DNA of 64,000 nucleotides from Rhodanobacteraceae bacterium (GTDB lineage: Bacteria > Pseudomonadota > Gammaproteobacteria > Xanthomonadales > SZUA-5), in NCBI GenBank assembly GCA_031409855.1, contig JANNYA010000141.1, positions 6,906 through 70,905 of the forward strand, written 5' to 3'. The notes beneath the pieces are model-generated. The model made no database searches. It was not told the origin of the DNA and was given only the letters and a program-made list of their open reading frames with translations. Position numbers and translations under genes: made by a program. This document shows, one piece after another, positions 61,620 through 64,000 of this stretch; positions within the stretch are counted from its first letter, which is position 1, and each line of letters opens with the position of its first letter.

Positions 61620-63668
61620 ATGAAATCTGTGGTTTTCGCGGCCCTGATATTGGCCCATGTGCACGCGGCTGCGATCGTCGGCAATGAACAGCTCAAGTCC
61701 GTTGACGCCTCAGTTCCAGCGGCAATGCAGCCTATGGACATTTTTAAGCTGGAATGGGCCAGCGCCCCAGCTATTTCAGCGGATGGCAAAAAAATAGTGT
61801 TTGTGCGCAATGACTTAGACGCCATGAAAGACGCGCGCCGCAGTGCGCTTTGGATTATGGACCGCAGTGGCGGGGATTTAGAGCCGCTTTCCAATGGCGG
61901 CAGCAATGAAAGCGCTCCGCAGTTTTCACCGGATGGCAAAAGGGTTGCGTTTAAATCCGGCGGACAAATTTTCATTCGCTTTCTAGACTCCGGGCGCGAG
62001 CTAGCGCTGACCTCTGAAATTCAGGGCATCGATCAGTTTGCGTTTTCCCCAGACGGCAAATCGCTGGCTTTTTCAATGCGCGTCGCCGCTTCAAAAGCCA
62101 AGGCCGCTGAGCTACCCACGCCGCCCGAAGGCGCAGAATGGGCCAAGCCAGTCAGCGTGATTGAGCGCTTGGCCTACCGGGCCGACGGCGAAGGTATTTT
62201 CGAGCCGCATTTCCGGCATGTTTTTTTAGTGCCCGCTTTGGGCGGCAGCCCGCGTCAAGTCACTACAGGCGATTTCAATTACGGCGGTTTTACTTTTGCC
62301 GACAACTACACCCTGATTGTTTCCGGAAATCGTGAAGAGGATGCCGAATACCAGCCGCTGCAGAGTGATCTTTTTGAGCTAAATATAAAATCAGGCGCTT
62401 TGAAACGCCTGACTGATCGCGTTGGCCCGGACGAAGAACCCAACGTCAGTCCTGACGGGCGCTATATCGCCTACGTGGGTTTCACGGATCGCGAACAGTT
62501 CTATCAAGTGCGTATGCTTTCAGTTTTGGATCGAAAAACAGGCGTCAGCACGGTGTTGACGAAAGATTTGGATCGTGATGTCGCCGCGCCCAGTTTTGAC
62601 GGCAGCGGCAAAGCGATCTATTTCCAATTTGATGATCAAGGCGATAGCAAAGTTGGCACGATTGCCCGCTCGGGCGGCAAGGTCACTAGCTTAGCGGCTG
62701 ATTTAGGTGGCGCGGATATTGGCCGCCCCTATGGTGCGGGCAGCATGGCCGTTGGGCGCACGGGTGATGTTGTCTACACACAAGGCACCGCGCAGCGCCC
62801 AGCCGAGGTGGCACTGATCGCGCATAAATCTTCGTCCAGTCGTATTTTGACGGATTTAAATTCCGACACCGAAATCGAGCTCAAGGCGCAGCCGGTTGAA
62901 GAAATATGGCTCAAATCAAGTTTCGACCAACAGGCGATTCAAGCCTGGATCATGCGTCCACCTGGTTTTGATGCGTCGAAAAAATATCCGCTGCTTTTGG
63001 AGATTCACGGGGGTCCGGTGGCAAATTATGGCCCGCGTTTTGCCGTTGAAACCCAGCTTTACGCTGCGCAGGGCTATATCGTTGTCTATGCGAACCCGCG
63101 CGGCAGCGATTCCTATGGCGAAAAGTTCGGCAATTTGATTCACCACGATTATCCAAATCATGATTTTGACGATTTGATGAGCGTGACGGACGCCGTGATT
63201 GCCAAAGGTGGCGTGGACGAGCGCAATTTGTTTGTCACCGGCGGAAGTGGCGGCGGCGTGCTAACTGCTTGGATCGTTGGAAAAACGGCGCGGTTTCGTG
63301 CGGCAGTTGTGGCAAAGCCTGTGATCAATTGGATGAGCTTTGCGCTCACCAGTGATGGCGGCGCCTACTATTCGCGCTACTGGTTTCCCGGTGTGCCTTG
63401 GGTACACGCGGAAAACTATTTAAAGCGCAGCCCGCTGATGTCCGTTGGCAATGTAAAAACGCCAACGATGCTGATTACCGGTGAAGCCGACTATCGCACG
63501 CCTATTTCTGAAACCGAGCAGTATTTTACCGCCTTAAAGCTAAGCAAAGTGCCGACCCAAATGGTGCGTATTCCTGGTGCCAGCCACACGATTAACGCGC
63601 GCCCGAGTAATTTATTGGCGCAAGTGCTGAATACTGTGGCTTGGTTTGAGCGATTTCGAGTGCATTGA
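61620..63668 (+). CDS. S9-family serine peptidase (prolyl oligopeptidase / acylaminoacyl-peptidase type) with N-terminal PD40 propeller
   Basis: Signal peptide MKSVVFAALILAHVHA. Repeated SPDGK..AF motifs. Nucleophile elbow TGGSGGG, then GEADYRTP and PGASHT (Asp/His candidates). The ATG at 61620 is preferred over the TTG at 61605. Confidence 0.85.
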   Translation: MKSVVFAALILAHVHAAAIVGNEQLKSVDASVPAAMQPMDIFKLEWASAPAISADGKKIVFVRNDLDAMKDARRSALWIMDRSGGDLEPLSNGGSNESAPQFSPDGKRVAFKSGGQIFIRFLDSGRELALTSEIQGIDQFAFSPDGKSLAFSMRVAASKAKAAELPTPPEGAEWAKPVSVIERLAYRADGEGIFEPHFRHVFLVPALGGSPRQVTTGDFNYGGFTFADNYTLIVSGNREEDAEYQPLQSDLFELNIKSGALKRLTDRVGPDEEPNVSPDGRYIAYVGFTDREQFYQVRMLSVLDRKTGVSTVLTKDLDRDVAAPSFDGSGKAIYFQFDDQGDSKVGTIARSGGKVTSLAADLGGADIGRPYGAGSMAVGRTGDVVYTQGTAQRPAEVALIAHKSSSSRILTDLNSDTEIELKAQPVEEIWLKSSFDQQAIQAWIMRPPGFDASKKYPLLLEIHGGPVANYGPRFAVETQLYAAQGYIVVYANPRGSDSYGEKFGNLIHHDYPNHDFDDLMSVTDAVIAKGGVDERNLFVTGGSGGGVLTAWIVGKTARFRAAVVAKPVINWMSFALTSDGGAYYSRYWFPGVPWVHAENYLKRSPLMSVGNVKTPTMLITGEADYRTPISETEQYFTALKLSKVPTQMVRIPGASHTINARPSNLLAQVLNTVAWFERFRVH

Positions 63669-64000
63669 TGCGTTTACATCACCTAGCGCGCATCACCCTT
63701 ATTGTGCCGGAGCTTGAGTTGGCGATTGTTGAGCATCGCCAAGGCATCAGCCGTGCGCACATCACACGCTTTGACGTGCCCGAGGCGCGCGCAATGGCCT
63801 TAGGCGTATCAGTTGCGGGCGCGCGGGCAGCATTGATTGCGGCATCGGACGCGGCTGTGCAGTTTGAGTTGATTGAACAGCCTGATGCGAATCTCGCCGC
63901 GCAGCGATTAGGCTGGGCCGGGTTTGAGCGCAAGCAAAATTCAGTCAGTGTGCTGGTCAATTGTGCGGATAGCGCGGTGTCGGCAGCGTTTTATCTGGGC
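63668..64000 (+). CDS. 5' part of an ORF running off the window (possible VOC/glyoxalase-like protein)
   Basis: The ATG overlaps the peptidase stop (TGATG). The frame stays open for 111 codons to the window end: MRLHHLARITLIVPELELAIVEHRQGIS.... It is not in the ORF track because it has no stop. The family assignment is weak. Confidence 0.45.
   Translation, partial: MRLHHLARITLIVPELELAIVEHRQGISRAHITRFDVPEARAMALGVSVAGARAALIAASDAAVQFELIEQPDANLAAQRLGWAGFERKQNSVSVLVNCADSAVSAAFYLG

Noticed and set aside
61427-61975. 182-aa minus-strand ORF.
   Set aside because: It overlaps the 5' end of the S9 peptidase gene, which has a signal peptide and PD40 repeats in the plus frame, and it has no motif support.
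63679-63960. 93-aa minus-strand ORF at the window end.
   Set aside because: The plus strand carries a longer frame (63668-64000) that stays open to the window end and is start/stop-coupled to the peptidase gene. The minus ORF is Ala/Arg/Cys-rich and antisense-like.

Overview
This is a 64-kb chromosomal segment from a moderately GC-rich proteobacterium. Gene content and REP-type hairpin repeats suggest a gamma- or beta-proteobacterial lineage, but I cannot name the species. All calls rest on reading the supplied translations and DNA by eye (motifs, signal peptides, RBS, overlaps); no BLAST or HMM search was possible. The backbone genes are rpsT, aroK-aroB, ppk, purT, gcdH-like, pgsA and ppsA. 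Between them sit accessory blocks: (i) a TetR / acyl-CoA-binding protein / two-domain fatty acyl-CoA reductase lipid module. (ii) Two secreted proteins ending in IPTL-CTERM-like sorting tails, one a 2729-aa adhesin with seven tandem GEVED-type repeats. (iii) Dense Ser/Thr signalling: three Hanks-type kinases, an FHA-PP2C phosphatase translationally coupled to ppk, and an ECF sigma factor paired with a kinase. (iv) A PepSY / OmpR-type response regulator / histidine kinase unit preceded by three 35-bp hairpin-containing tandem repeats. (v) An ECF sigma / DUF3379-like anti-sigma pair. (vi) A CadC-like/TolB-like regulator, a TonB-dependent receptor, an AraC regulator and a three-hydrolase operon. 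(vii) Nests of REP/MITE-like repeats. The best candidate for an undescribed system is a compact, visibly AT-richer two-gene cassette at 54364-56142. It encodes an ABC/SMC-type ATPase plus a 176-aa minimal TOPRIM-like (E...DxD) protein, inserted 26 bp after ppsA and just upstream of a 1686-aa kinase-STAND-GAF-GGDEF gene. Its logic resembles split OLD / AbiL / PARIS-type defence systems, but I cannot assign it to a named one. No rRNA, tRNA, CRISPR array, transposase or integrase was seen.
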